Below are positions 16,258-24,979 of a DNA stretch of 36,382 nucleotides, one piece after another. This DNA comes from a virus (taxonomy: Duplodnaviria; Caudoviricetes), in IMG/VR virus record IMGVR_UViG_3300043391_000280, positions 1-36,382 of that record, one strand, 5' to 3'. The number at the start of each line of letters is the position of its first letter. Within the stretch, counting starts at the first letter, position 1. Below the pieces are notes generated by a model. The model was given only the letters and a program-made list of their open reading frames with translations, did not search any database and had not been told where the DNA came from. A program made the translations under genes and the position numbers.

Positions 16258-17207
16258 TAGAACGTGACCTGCTTGCCGGAAAGGTCAAAAGTGCCACTGC
16301 CATAGCCCGTTATAAGACCGGGCATCGGGGGCAACCCAACACCGATGGGACTGCCTTGCAGACTTGCCAGCGCGCTATTGGAATTGATAAGCTGCCCGTT
16401 AAGCAAGGGCGGGCCACCGCTTCCACCCAAAGCCCCGCCAAGGATGTTCCCAAGGCTCGCAAGTCCCCCGCCAAGCGCAGCACTGGAGCCAAGCGCGCCA
16501 TAGCCTCGCGCCTGTCCAGTGTCCTGCAATAGCGCGCCGACATTTCGGCCAGTTTCCATGCCAGCAGTACCAACGCCTGCCGCCGCATTCTGGCCCAGCC
16601 TTGAGATGCCGCCTAGTGTCTCAAGCTGCTGCTGGATTTGCTGGTTAAGCAATGCGGGGCGAAACTGCGCCAATGCCCCCTGCACGTTTCCGCCACGCAG
16701 CCCGCCGGTTGCGCTCGCGTTCTGGAGGATACCCTCCTCACCCTGCCGCGCGAGAGCCTGAAACATCGGGCTTTGCTCAAACTGGCTGATAGCCTGGCGC
16801 TGCGCCTGCGCCCCGCCGGTCTGGAACTTAGCTAGATCGGCGCGCGGGTCGTTGCGCTGCTGCCACTGCTGCGCGAACGTCGCCAAGTCCTGCATACCGC
16901 CGCCGTAGGGATTGATGCGCTGCGCGTTAAACGCCTGCATGAGCGCCGGATTAGACTGCGCGTAGGCTTGCCAGTTGGTCTGCTGCGGTGCTGCCCCTGC
17001 CAGCGCGAGAAGTTGCGAGAATGCCCCCGTGCCGCCTTGTGCGTAAGGCGCGAGAAGCTGCTGCACCCGATCAAACTGGCGGCGCTGCTCCTCAATGGCC
17101 TGCGCATTGCTCTCGGCTTGCGCATTCGCTGCGGACTTCGCGCCGCCGGAAGCAATCAATCCCCCGCCGATTGTTGCCGCAGCGGCAATAAGTGTGCCTA
17201 CAGCCAT
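16257..17207 (-). CDS. DNA ejection/pilot protein (P22 gp7-like)
   Basis: Gly/Ala N-terminus, EQRRQFD...LAPYAQGG, NASATGGLRGGN signature. Confidence 0.82.
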   Translation of the reverse strand: MAVGTLIAAAATIGGGLIASGGAKSAANAQAESNAQAIEEQRRQFDRVQQLLAPYAQGGTGAFSQLLALAGAAPQQTNWQAYAQSNPALMQAFNAQRINPYGGGMQDLATFAQQWQQRNDPRADLAKFQTGGAQAQRQAISQFEQSPMFQALARQGEEGILQNASATGGLRGGNVQGALAQFRPALLNQQIQQQLETLGGISRLGQNAAAGVGTAGMETGRNVGALLQDTGQARGYGALGSSAALGGGLASLGNILGGALGGSGGPPLLNGQLINSNSALASLQGSPIGVGLPPMPGLITGYGSGTFDLSGKQVTF

Positions 17208-17659
17208 TAGTGCAACCTCTTGATAAACATATGCTCAGAAGCCCGATAGCCTCTGCGCTCGTAAACACGGCCCATCCTGTCACCATTCAACCGGGCGAGG
17301 GACTTCATCTGCCAAGACCCGCAACCAGCCGCAGCCGCAGCCTCCTCGAGCGCTGTCAAAAGGCGCATACCCGTCATAGGAGGCGCATCCGGCGAGACGT
17401 ACCAGAAAAGCTCCTCGCCCGACTTATGGGCATGATTGAAGTAAACCGGAGAGACTACGCCGGACGCGATGCCGACAATCTCGCCACATTCCGCAACCAG
17501 GCAGATGAAAACGCCCGATTCCATCAAAGCAGCAAGGGACGCAGCGCAATCGGCTTCGCTATAATCAAACACATCCGACCAGTCAGCACGCGCGTGAAAT
17601 TCCCGCCCGATCTTGGCGATGGCGGGAATATCCTCAATCGTTGCGGCTCTAATCTGCAT
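17207..17659 (-). CDS. GNAT-family acetyltransferase
   Basis: IRAATIEDIPAI...ELFWYVSP...GMRLL...YERRGY; usual position before ejection genes. Confidence 0.82.
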   Translation of the reverse strand: MQIRAATIEDIPAIAKIGREFHARADWSDVFDYSEADCAASLAALMESGVFICLVAECGEIVGIASGVVSPVYFNHAHKSGEELFWYVSPDAPPMTGMRLLTALEEAAAAAGCGSWQMKSLARLNGDRMGRVYERRGYRASEHMFIKRLH

Positions 17660-17740
17660 CCGGCACCTTTAACAGGTGGCCTACTGGCTGGCCGGAACAC
17701 TCAGTAAATGCACCATACCATGCCAAGCAGCCATAGTCAA
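17660..17740 (-). promoter_or_regulatory. internal promoter and structured leader for GNAT/ejection genes
   Basis: TTGACT-N17-TATGGT; CACCT-GTTAA-AGGTG hairpin over the RBS, closed by CCGGC/GCCGG. Confidence 0.6.
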
Positions 17741-17746
17741 AAACCT

Positions 17747-18082
17747 TTAGCTGATCGTACGCCCCGATGCGCGGATGTTGATGGCCGTCGCCGTGCCCGC
17801 AATGGTCGAGATGAACCCGCCAGAAAGCAGCGTCTGCCCGACAATCTCAGGGAACGAATACGTCTCCGAAGGCTGCAAGGTTTTAGCCTTGATAATCAGG
17901 TTCTGATTACCCGCCGTATCGCCGGAGGTGACAAGGTTAACGCTGATCGTCGCAGCCGATGCCGAATAGTTGGTCGCCGTAAGCTTGTCGATGATCGTCG
18001 TGACGTTGGACGAAGTATATTGCGTAACCTGGGTGTTTTCCGCCGTCTTGGCGGGGATCAGGACGGTGTTGATAACGGCCAT
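17747..18082 (-). CDS. small beta-rich virion protein, 111 aa
   Basis: TTIIDKLTATN...ETYSFPEIVGQTLLSGGFIST; tail module. Confidence 0.75.
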   Translation of the reverse strand: MAVINTVLIPAKTAENTQVTQYTSSNVTTIIDKLTATNYSASAATISVNLVTSGDTAGNQNLIIKAKTLQPSETYSFPEIVGQTLLSGGFISTIAGTATAINIRASGRTIS

Positions 18083-18083
18083 G

Positions 18084-18248
18084 TTACTTCCCCTTCTTTC
18101 GTGCCGCTGCGGCATTGTCGATCAGATTCGGGTAAGGCCTACCCGCAGCCTTCGCGCGGCGCTTGGCGGATGCCTTGGCCTTTGGTGAGAGCTTGGACGG
18201 CTTGTCGTCCTTCGGCTCTGCCTTGTCCCAGAATGGTGTTTTCTTCAT
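18084..18248 (-). CDS. small basic protein, 54 aa
   Basis: MKKTPFWDK...AKRRAKAAGRPYPNLIDN, translated by eye; fills gap. Confidence 0.7.
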   Translation of the reverse strand: MKKTPFWDKAEPKDDKPSKLSPKAKASAKRRAKAAGRPYPNLIDNAAAARKKGK

Positions 18249-18249
18249 G

Positions 18250-18510
18250 TCAGCAATCCCATTTGCGAAGCGCGAGAGCCTTGCGGGTCGGCTTGCCCTT
18301 TTCGTCCTTCATCGGGCCTTCCATCCCGCCCATCCGTGCGCAAAAGGACTTGCGCCTAGCCGCAGCCTTGGGCGACTTCTTGGCCTGCTCAGACGACACG
18401 GGAGGCTTCAGGTTCATGCCCTCTTTCTTGGCCGACGCACGGCCCTTAGCGTTCAATCCGCCAGTTGGTGACTTACCCTCTTTGCGCTGCCATGCAGGTG
18501 TCTTAGCCAT
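18250..18510 (-). CDS. basic protein (DUF6321-like), 86 aa
   Basis: AWQRKEGKSPTGGLNAKGRAS...RRKSFCARM...LRKWDC. Confidence 0.75.
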   Translation of the reverse strand: MAKTPAWQRKEGKSPTGGLNAKGRASAKKEGMNLKPPVSSEQAKKSPKAAARRKSFCARMGGMEGPMKDEKGKPTRKALALRKWDC

Positions 18511-18511
18511 G

Positions 18512-19324
18512 TCAGCCCCCTTCAATGTTGTCGGTAACGGTAACAATGATGGACGGGATAGCCGGATGCACAGCCGTTGCAGCATCATAGTTCAGTGAAA
18601 CTGCCGTATTGCTCACTTCCCACATCAGCTCGAAATAGTCACCAGCATTCATTTGGAGCAGGTAATTCCACGCCACGATAAGCTCGGTGTTGTTGCCCTC
18701 AATCTTGATCGCGCCCGTGCTATTTGCAACGTTCGTCCCGTTCTTGCGGAGCCAAATCCAAACACGATGCGCGCCGCCCGCTGTATTGATGAACTGAGCC
18801 GAAAATTGGATATTGTAGACCTCTGGGCGATCTACATAAACCCGGCTGGTGGGGCTACCAACGGTTACGCCAGACGATAGGTCCGTGCTGTTTAGCGTAA
18901 TGGCATAGGCGGTATTTATAGCCGCCGCTATCTGATCAGTCGTATCGTAGAATGAACCGTAGCGCTTGACCTTGGCTTCAGCTGCATTCGGCGGCGCAAC
19001 CTCAAGCCCCGCAAGGCGCGCTTCGATTCCGCTGAAATCCAAGCCTGGCAGAATGGCCTCTAGTGCCCCCAAGCGGCTTTCCAGCCCGGACAAGTCAGCG
19101 GCAGGCGGCGCGCGGTCGAGCGTGTCCACCAATGCCTGCAAGACCGACGTATTTGCGTTAACGCCTGCCTGCGCATTGCCGCCCGTAACGTCAATGCCAT
19201 CAACCATGCCGGAATTGAGGTAATCCTGCACCAGCAAAATCAGCCGTTCAAACTGCTTAATTTGCTCATGGTCGCCAAGGAAGGCGGCGAGTTGATTGCG
19301 GGTCAGGGTGAGCTTGTTTGCCAT
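18512..19324 (-). CDS. tail needle/fibre-like protein (coiled coil plus beta-sandwich tip)
   Basis: Follows gp10-like gene; heptads then YGSFYDTTDQ...YNIQFSAQ. Confidence 0.65.
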   Translation of the reverse strand: MANKLTLTRNQLAAFLGDHEQIKQFERLILLVQDYLNSGMVDGIDVTGGNAQAGVNANTSVLQALVDTLDRAPPAADLSGLESRLGALEAILPGLDFSGIEARLAGLEVAPPNAAEAKVKRYGSFYDTTDQIAAAINTAYAITLNSTDLSSGVTVGSPTSRVYVDRPEVYNIQFSAQFINTAGGAHRVWIWLRKNGTNVANSTGAIKIEGNNTELIVAWNYLLQMNAGDYFELMWEVSNTAVSLNYDAATAVHPAIPSIIVTVTDNIEGG

Positions 19325-20733
19325 CACCAAGCCAACGGCTCTAGCGCCGCCTCAAGGCGCATGAACGAAGCATGTGCGTCACTGGTGCCCTGAAAGCGCT
19401 GAATTCGCCTATCAGTCATCTTGCCCTGCTTGCTCCACAGAAGGCGCTTGGTGGTATTGCCAATCGTGCCCAGCGAGATAGTCCGGTCAATGGACCACGA
19501 CAGCCCGTCGATGCTGTAGCTGGTCGAGATAGCCGGATCTTCACCCAAGGCAACCGAACCCGTTAGCGCCATCAGTTCCAGCGCATTGAACAGAACGCCC
19601 GAGCCGCCGTTGTAGACGATAAGCGTGCCAAACTCCCAACGCACCGTTTGCCCATAGTGGCTGGAAATATCGCGGCGCAGATACCCAAGGCGATTGGCCT
19701 GCGGGTCAGCGCACCGCCATGCATTGTACGCATAGCAGAGATGCCGTGCACGGTACTGCGAGAAGCCTTCCAGGGTGCTTGTAAGCACCGTCCAGACGGG
19801 AGCCTGCAAGTCCCGCGATGCACCGCCGTCATAGACAAGCGTGCGGTCTGGCAAGTGCATATAGAGGAACTGGTGCGAGCCTTCGTTGCGCGCCTCTAGG
19901 ATGGCTGCGGATAACTCCGCTTCGGTGTAAGCCTCTAGCAGCGTGTCAATCTCATGCGTGCTGATTTTGACCGCATTGGCATTCGCTGCCACGTAAACCG
20001 ATGGCTGCTCGTTGAAGCCCGAACCGAGGAACGCAACCGCCTCCATGTAGATGCAACACGCGTCCTTGCCGATGCAGCCCTTTTCAACTTGCGCGCCCTC
20101 GATGCGCTGGAAGGGGAACAGGCTGCCACCAATGTTGTCAAACATTTCGATGGTGTGCCGATTCAACGCAACCACCTCGTTACGCAGCTTCAAGATGGCG
20201 ATGATCGGATCGGGGTCCGCTTCCGAAGAGCCATATTTGAGCGGATTGACAGCCAGCGGGTTGTTAAGCTCCGTCACAACGAGAAACTCGCCGTCCGTGG
20301 TCATGTAGTACCCATCGACCCATAGCACATCGTTCACCGTGCCAAGGTCGGGGTCCACATTCTGCCGCAGCCCAGCTGTGGGATTGTAGAGAAACAGGTT
20401 GCCATCCGACGCAATGGCTAGATCGTCAAAGCCATAATCGAGCGTAACCGGCAAGCCATCGGTGCTAACGCTGCCAATCGTGGTCACAACGCCAGACGAT
20501 GACACGCTGCAAAGGTCCGCGCCAATCACCGCATACAGCACGCCTTGCCAAACAATCTGCCCCCGGCAAGTGTCGGCAGTCGCGGTCCATTCGGTCAGGC
20601 CGTCCCCAGGACGCAAGAACCCTTGGCTTATCCCGTTCTCTTTGGGCACGGCGAAAAAGTTCACCGGGTACGCTGTGCGCAGAGCCGGTGTCGTATCCGC
20701 GTAAATGCCGCTAAGGATCGGGATTTGCGTCAT
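19324..20733 (-). CDS. tail hub / packaged DNA stabilization protein (P22 gp10-like)
   Basis: QIPILSGIY...YPVN...GFLRP...YGSSEADPDPI; 469 aa. Confidence 0.88.
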   Translation of the reverse strand: MTQIPILSGIYADTTPALRTAYPVNFFAVPKENGISQGFLRPGDGLTEWTATADTCRGQIVWQGVLYAVIGADLCSVSSSGVVTTIGSVSTDGLPVTLDYGFDDLAIASDGNLFLYNPTAGLRQNVDPDLGTVNDVLWVDGYYMTTDGEFLVVTELNNPLAVNPLKYGSSEADPDPIIAILKLRNEVVALNRHTIEMFDNIGGSLFPFQRIEGAQVEKGCIGKDACCIYMEAVAFLGSGFNEQPSVYVAANANAVKISTHEIDTLLEAYTEAELSAAILEARNEGSHQFLYMHLPDRTLVYDGGASRDLQAPVWTVLTSTLEGFSQYRARHLCYAYNAWRCADPQANRLGYLRRDISSHYGQTVRWEFGTLIVYNGGSGVLFNALELMALTGSVALGEDPAISTSYSIDGLSWSIDRTISLGTIGNTTKRLLWSKQGKMTDRRIQRFQGTSDAHASFMRLEAALEPLAW

Positions 20734-21728
20734 GCGCTTAACCTCTGAAGCGTAGAATTAGGCAAGCGCGTTCTATAATAAGCAATCGTGCGAATGTGGC
20801 CATTTAGCTGGTTGTTGCTCGCGCCTCGTGCGCCGATAGTCAAGCGGCTCACCGTAGGTATAGTGCCGACCGTATCCGTCACAACAGAGCCGCCAGCTAT
20901 TGAAGATGCAAAATCATTGACCTTGTATGCGAACGCAAAACGATATGCGTTGTTAGCCAAAACTGCCGTATTCAAAATAGAAGCTTGCACGGCACCGCCC
21001 ACAGCAACACGGGTTATTGAGTTAACGGATGTATAATAAATAAGCATTTCGTTATTCGCTGTGCCATCCGAAATGGCGGCGATGGCTGACAAATTAGACG
21101 CAATCTGTGTCGTGGCAAAATTGGCCACTAGCGTGCCTTCGCTCGCATTGTACCACGATGAGAAGTCCCCGCCTGTCATGGTGACAATTTCAACGCTTCG
21201 GGCCACTGGCGATGCCGCGGTTGGAATAAAGCTGGTCGCAAACCCGCCAACCTCAAGTTGGGCAAACTGAACGGAGCCAACTACGGTGCAGACCAGCACG
21301 CCCAAGATCGGAGTAAACGTCAGCGTTTGCCGATTAGGATATGCGCCCGAGCCAATGACGATGGCAACAGCAGCGCCCGATAGCGTTATGGTCCCCGTGC
21401 CGTAGAAGCTAATCGTATGTGGAACCGCCGTCACCGAGACATTTTGCGTCGGGAGCGCAGCGCCGTTGATCGGGCTGTTCAGCAGAAGGTTGGTCCGCGC
21501 TTCCTCTATGAGCAAACCGCGAGGGGAAAGTGTGGCTGGGTCATAGTCAAAGCGGGGCGTGTTAACCGCAACGGCCTGGATCAAACCATCCTGCCCGATC
21601 CTAGTGGCCGTTGAAGCACGGCTGAACGTCACGGCGCTGCTCAAGACAGGCTCCGTCACGAAGTCCAGCGCCATTGACGGCAATGGCCTGTCAACCGTCC
21701 CCAAGCGTAGGTGCAGGCCGAGGTTCAT
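20730..21728 (-). CDS. LamG/concanavalin-like virion protein
   Basis: TFSRASTAT...PRFDYDP...GLLIEEARTNLL...AQLEVGGFATSFIPT. Confidence 0.75.
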   Translation of the reverse strand: MNLGLHLRLGTVDRPLPSMALDFVTEPVLSSAVTFSRASTATRIGQDGLIQAVAVNTPRFDYDPATLSPRGLLIEEARTNLLLNSPINGAALPTQNVSVTAVPHTISFYGTGTITLSGAAVAIVIGSGAYPNRQTLTFTPILGVLVCTVVGSVQFAQLEVGGFATSFIPTAASPVARSVEIVTMTGGDFSSWYNASEGTLVANFATTQIASNLSAIAAISDGTANNEMLIYYTSVNSITRVAVGGAVQASILNTAVLANNAYRFAFAYKVNDFASSIAGGSVVTDTVGTIPTVSRLTIGARGASNNQLNGHIRTIAYYRTRLPNSTLQRLSA

Positions 21729-22075
21729 TAGGACACGTTTGCAGGCGTGATGATGATGTTGCCATCCGCCGCCGTAGCAATCGTGCGAATGACGCTAGGG
21801 CCGGGGCCGCAGTAAACTGCAACCTGCTGGTTAGGCAGAATGGGAAGCCCGCTAGACGTAGTAGGTGCAGTGCCGCCACCGCCAGCAACAGCCGCATCCG
21901 CATCACTATCGCTTGTGTAGATCGTCACGACCACATGCGTCCTAGCCGTGGCGCTCGTATTCGTTAGGATAATCGCATTTGCGTTGCGGGGCAAAAGGGT
22001 AGCCGCTGTTGCAGTCGCTGAGTTGGCGATGCTTTGCGTAGAGCCCCATGCGGGAGAGAAAACTGCATTGCTCAT
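21728..22075 (-). CDS. virion structural protein, 115 aa
   Basis: FSPAWGSTQ..., Thr/Ala-rich; GGAGG RBS; TAATG coupling. Confidence 0.7.
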   Translation of the reverse strand: MSNAVFSPAWGSTQSIANSATATAATLLPRNANAIILTNTSATARTHVVVTIYTSDSDADAAVAGGGGTAPTTSSGLPILPNQQVAVYCGPGPSVIRTIATAADGNIIITPANVS

Positions 22076-22407
22076 TAACCGATCCTCCAAGCTGCGCCAT
22101 CCGAAAAGACGGGCACCGTGTTAGCGCCGCCAGCGGCTACCACAGAGTTGAACGTGGTGGCGCTGGCATCCGATACCGTCGCACGCGCTCCAGCCCCTGC
22201 CGTGACCGCGCTAGGCAGATTTGCGACCGTCACCGTGCTTACCTTAATGTAGGACGAAGCGGACAGCGTAGAGAACGCAGTCGAAAGATACGCGACTAGC
22301 GTAGTGAGTGAGAACTTGCGCGTATCGCCCTGAGACTGCGCATAGACCGGGACATTATCGCCCGCGCTAAGGCTATCGACCGATGAAAGCTGATTGATCG
22401 TTGACAT
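22075..22407 (-). CDS. short fibre-like virion protein, 110 aa
   Basis: MSTINQLS...; C-terminus resembles the tailspike C-terminus. Confidence 0.75.
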   Translation of the reverse strand: MSTINQLSSVDSLSAGDNVPVYAQSQGDTRKFSLTTLVAYLSTAFSTLSASSYIKVSTVTVANLPSAVTAGAGARATVSDASATTFNSVVAAGGANTVPVFSDGAAWRIG

Positions 22408-22409
22408 GC

Positions 22410-22883
22410 TTAAATCTCCAAAACGCCGTCATCGCCCGTGACAATTTGATCCTGCGGCCCCGTGGTGAATACCTGATTGCTCCAGTAGTTCTTATTACCA
22501 CCGCCAAGGGGCATCTTGCGCGGCTGCACTTCGGAAGGCTGCGCGTGAAGGTTCAAGAGCGCTTGATATGCCCGCACGAAGTTAGCCCGCGTGTCTGGCA
22601 TGACCGTCTTGCCGAAGCTGGGCGCAATCCGCAGCGCGAGGCCGGTAACGATGGCCTCCCAAGCGCTATCTGGTGCCGCCGTTTCGTCCGTAAGCTCGCC
22701 AGTGCCGGGGCCGGAGGGGATAGGGTAGCCCACCCGAATGCCGCGCGCGTTCCATTCCGCCATCATGCTATCGAGGCGGCGCATGGCGCTGGTCAGTTCC
22801 TCAGCCGTCGCGTCGTAATTGTACGCGGCAAGGCCGATCTCTTCCATCGCACCATCAATGAAGTCTCTTCTCGAATACCCCAT
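22410..22883 (-). CDS. head-to-tail adaptor (P22 gp4-like)
   Basis: AMEEIGLA...AMRRLDSMMAEW...LALRIAPSFGK...MPLGGGNK. Confidence 0.85.
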   Translation of the reverse strand: MGYSRRDFIDGAMEEIGLAAYNYDATAEELTSAMRRLDSMMAEWNARGIRVGYPIPSGPGTGELTDETAAPDSAWEAIVTGLALRIAPSFGKTVMPDTRANFVRAYQALLNLHAQPSEVQPRKMPLGGGNKNYWSNQVFTTGPQDQIVTGDDGVLEI

Positions 22884-23413
22884 CATGCTGCTCTTTTCCG
22901 CCGTTCGTTACGGCAAATGATCGAGACAAGAGATTGCGTCACGCCAAACTGCTTGGCAATCACCGGCTGCCTTATCCCGCTTTCATAAAGCCAAAGAATT
23001 TTGGCGCGGTCGGCGTCACTAACCTTTGCGTTTCCGTGTTTCTCACCACGAAGAATAGACGCATTGTGAAGTTCTGACGCCTTTATGGCTTCTGAATGTT
23101 TTTCACCACAAGCGTGGCGCTTTTTTTCGCGCATATCACGATTATTATCGGCTGCAGTTCCCAAAAACAGATGTTCTGGGTTAACGCATTTGCGATTGTC
23201 GCAAGAATGACAGACATACATTCCGCACGGAATTTCCCCGTGGGCTAACATGTATGAAACACGATGCCCCGTAAGGGTTTTCTTGTTATAGCCCATCACG
23301 CCATAACCATTTCTGTGCGCAGCGCCCACCCATTCCCAACAACCATTTTCAGGTCTGTCAGGCGTGTGCAGGTCAAAGATTGCCTGCATGGTCCAGCCGC
23401 GATACTTGTTCAC
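22883..23413 (-). CDS. HNH homing endonuclease
   Basis: CWEW...GYG...HRVSY...VCHSCDNRKCVNPEHLFLGTAADNNRDM, GEKHGNAK, C-terminal HTH; AT-rich. Confidence 0.92.
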   Translation of the reverse strand: MNKYRGWTMQAIFDLHTPDRPENGCWEWVGAAHRNGYGVMGYNKKTLTGHRVSYMLAHGEIPCGMYVCHSCDNRKCVNPEHLFLGTAADNNRDMREKKRHACGEKHSEAIKASELHNASILRGEKHGNAKVSDADRAKILWLYESGIRQPVIAKQFGVTQSLVSIICRNERRKRAA

Positions 23414-23731
23414 CTAGACCCGCTCCGCAATGCGCTGCGCAAGTACCGCGTCGGTCGTGCGCGCGTTGAACCCGATGCCAAGCTCGCGCGCTTTCTCCTC
23501 CAGTTCCTCGCGGGTGGCAGGCGATACAACATCAATGGCTTCCGCAACCTCTTCGATCACGGTTTCGGCCTCCAAAGCCGCAAATGCCGCGTCGACGGTG
23601 CGATACCAGCCATCGGCAAGCGCGGCCTGCATCTCGTCTGCGTCATTGACGCCCAGATAGCCGAAAGTCCCGCCATTCTGCGCACGGTGTTCGCCCGGCG
23701 TGCGGTAGACTATATCAGGAAAGTCGCTCAT
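23414..23731 (-). CDS. hypothetical head-region protein with C-terminal HeH-like domain
   Basis: ATREELEEKARELGIGFNARTTDAVLAQRI. Confidence 0.75.
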   Translation of the reverse strand: MSDFPDIVYRTPGEHRAQNGGTFGYLGVNDADEMQAALADGWYRTVDAAFAALEAETVIEEVAEAIDVVSPATREELEEKARELGIGFNARTTDAVLAQRIAERV

Positions 23732-23780
23732 TTCTTGCGACCCTTCTTTGGGGAATTATATACATGACTCCCTCGCTCCC

Positions 23781-24641
23781 TCATGTGGCAGCGCTATCGC
23801 ACCAAGCGCCACACTCACTGTCGGCGGCGTCGGCATCAATCTCGCCCATCGGCAACAAAGGGCTGGACCGGGCGATGCGGAGGACTTCGGCAAAGCTCTG
23901 ATATCCAAATGTGAAATTCTTCGCCCGCTCATGCGCTGCCCAATACTCAGTCCCTGCCGGATCGCGCCGGGCGCGGGTAATACGGGTCTTGAGTTGCAGG
24001 AACGGGCAATGATCGCAATTCCCGGTGCCTCGCTCCAATTGAAGGTCGAACGGCATGGAGCCCCAATAAGCCAGCACGTCGGCCTTTCGGACGCCATCGG
24101 CGGCCAGCGGGAAGGCAAAAAGCCTTGCAAGATTGCGAGGCTTGCGCGGCAGTTCATATACCCGGTCGTATTCGTCGGCGCGGAACCCGATGACTTCGGT
24201 ATACTCGCCAAGCTTGTAGCCTTGCGCCTCCATGAAATCATGCAGCACACCGACCTTGCAGCGTTCGGTGCACCACCGACCAGTGATCGTCGAAAAGAGT
24301 GCCTGTTTCCGGGCTATCAGGCGGTCCAGCGGTTCCCCGGCCCGGCTCGCGCTGTTGTAGCCGACTTCCTCAAAGCGCCCCGCCGCACCAACGCTTCGCA
24401 GGTCGGTAACGAACTCCAACCAGTGAATGCGGACGTTCCACTTGGTCGCGCATTCGTGAACGAACCGCAGCGTTTCCTCGCGCTCTTTCCCGGTGTTGGC
24501 AAAGCCGACATAGATATTGTCGGGAAGCGCGCCCCCATGAGCGTCGATGATACGCTTGAGCATCTTGCCGCTGGTGCGCCCGCCAGAGAACGAAATCATC
24601 GCGGGCCCTTCAACGAGGTAGGGGTTTCTAACCACGGGCAT
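23781..24641 (-). CDS. PAPS-reductase-family (PP-loop) protein, cassette passenger
   Basis: ISFSGGRTSG, FANTGKEREETL, RWCTERCK, IGFRADE, GNCDHCPF, ECGAWC. Confidence 0.87.
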   Translation of the reverse strand: MPVVRNPYLVEGPAMISFSGGRTSGKMLKRIIDAHGGALPDNIYVGFANTGKEREETLRFVHECATKWNVRIHWLEFVTDLRSVGAAGRFEEVGYNSASRAGEPLDRLIARKQALFSTITGRWCTERCKVGVLHDFMEAQGYKLGEYTEVIGFRADEYDRVYELPRKPRNLARLFAFPLAADGVRKADVLAYWGSMPFDLQLERGTGNCDHCPFLQLKTRITRARRDPAGTEYWAAHERAKNFTFGYQSFAEVLRIARSSPLLPMGEIDADAADSECGAWCDSAAT

Positions 24642-24729
24642 TGGCCTTCTTCACCCGTTTTGCGCGCTTCTTCCGCTCCTTCGCGGCAATCGCAAACAAC
24701 TCAAAGGTGGAAATTGTGGACTTCGACAT
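24628..24729 (-). pseudogene. 33-aa relic beginning like an IS1595 transposase (MSKSTISTFELF)
   Basis: First ORF inside the TIR with AAGGA RBS; resemblance recalled, not searched. Confidence 0.5.
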
Positions 24730-24757
24730 GGCTTATTCCTTGGTTTCTCGCGCAAAT

Positions 24758-24922
24758 CTAGCGCAAAAGACCGGGGGAGTAAAGTATATAATTCCCCTTC
24801 TTTGCTTTCTTGGCAACATCCAAGGCAATGGCTACAGCCTGCTTTTGGGGCTTGCCTGCCTTCATCTCTTTCTTGATGTTGGCCGATACGGTCTTGGGTC
24901 CGTAACCCATCTTCATTGGCAT
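24758..24922 (-). CDS. small basic protein (MPMKMGYGPKTVSANIKKEMKAGKPQKQAVAIAL...) with C-terminus altered by the insertion
   Basis: AGGAG RBS; original end GRKK* lies beyond the cassette at 23728-23742. Confidence 0.8.
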   Translation of the reverse strand: MPMKMGYGPKTVSANIKKEMKAGKPQKQAVAIALDVAKKAKKGNYILYSPGLLR

Positions 24923-24935
24923 TGCCTTATCTCCT

Positions 24936-24973
24936 AAAAAAGTGGGGCGACGTTAGGAGAACCGCCGCCCCAC
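24936..24973 (-). terminator. intrinsic terminator
   Basis: GTGGGGCGGCG-loop-CGTCGCCCCAC-TTTTTT. Confidence 0.8.
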
Positions 24974-24979
24974 CCATCA

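Larger units (their letters stand above)
23751..24796 (-). mobile_element. non-autonomous IS1595-family (ISNwi1-like) insertion cassette, 1046 bp
   Basis: TIR GGGAATTATATAC.T.ACTCCC.CG.TC (24/28); 8-bp TSD CTTCTTTG at 23743-23750 and 24797-24804; removal restores ...AKKAKKGRKK* coupled to the next ATG. Confidence 0.88.

Noticed and set aside
22883-23413. HNH as part of a group I intron or intein
   Set aside because: Flanking genes are intact and abut it; no room for a ribozyme core
23748-24761. 337-aa plus-strand ORF filling the IS-like cassette, considered as a transposase
   Set aside because: No DDE or Zn-ribbon motifs; starts in the TSD; antisense shadow of the PAPS-reductase gene
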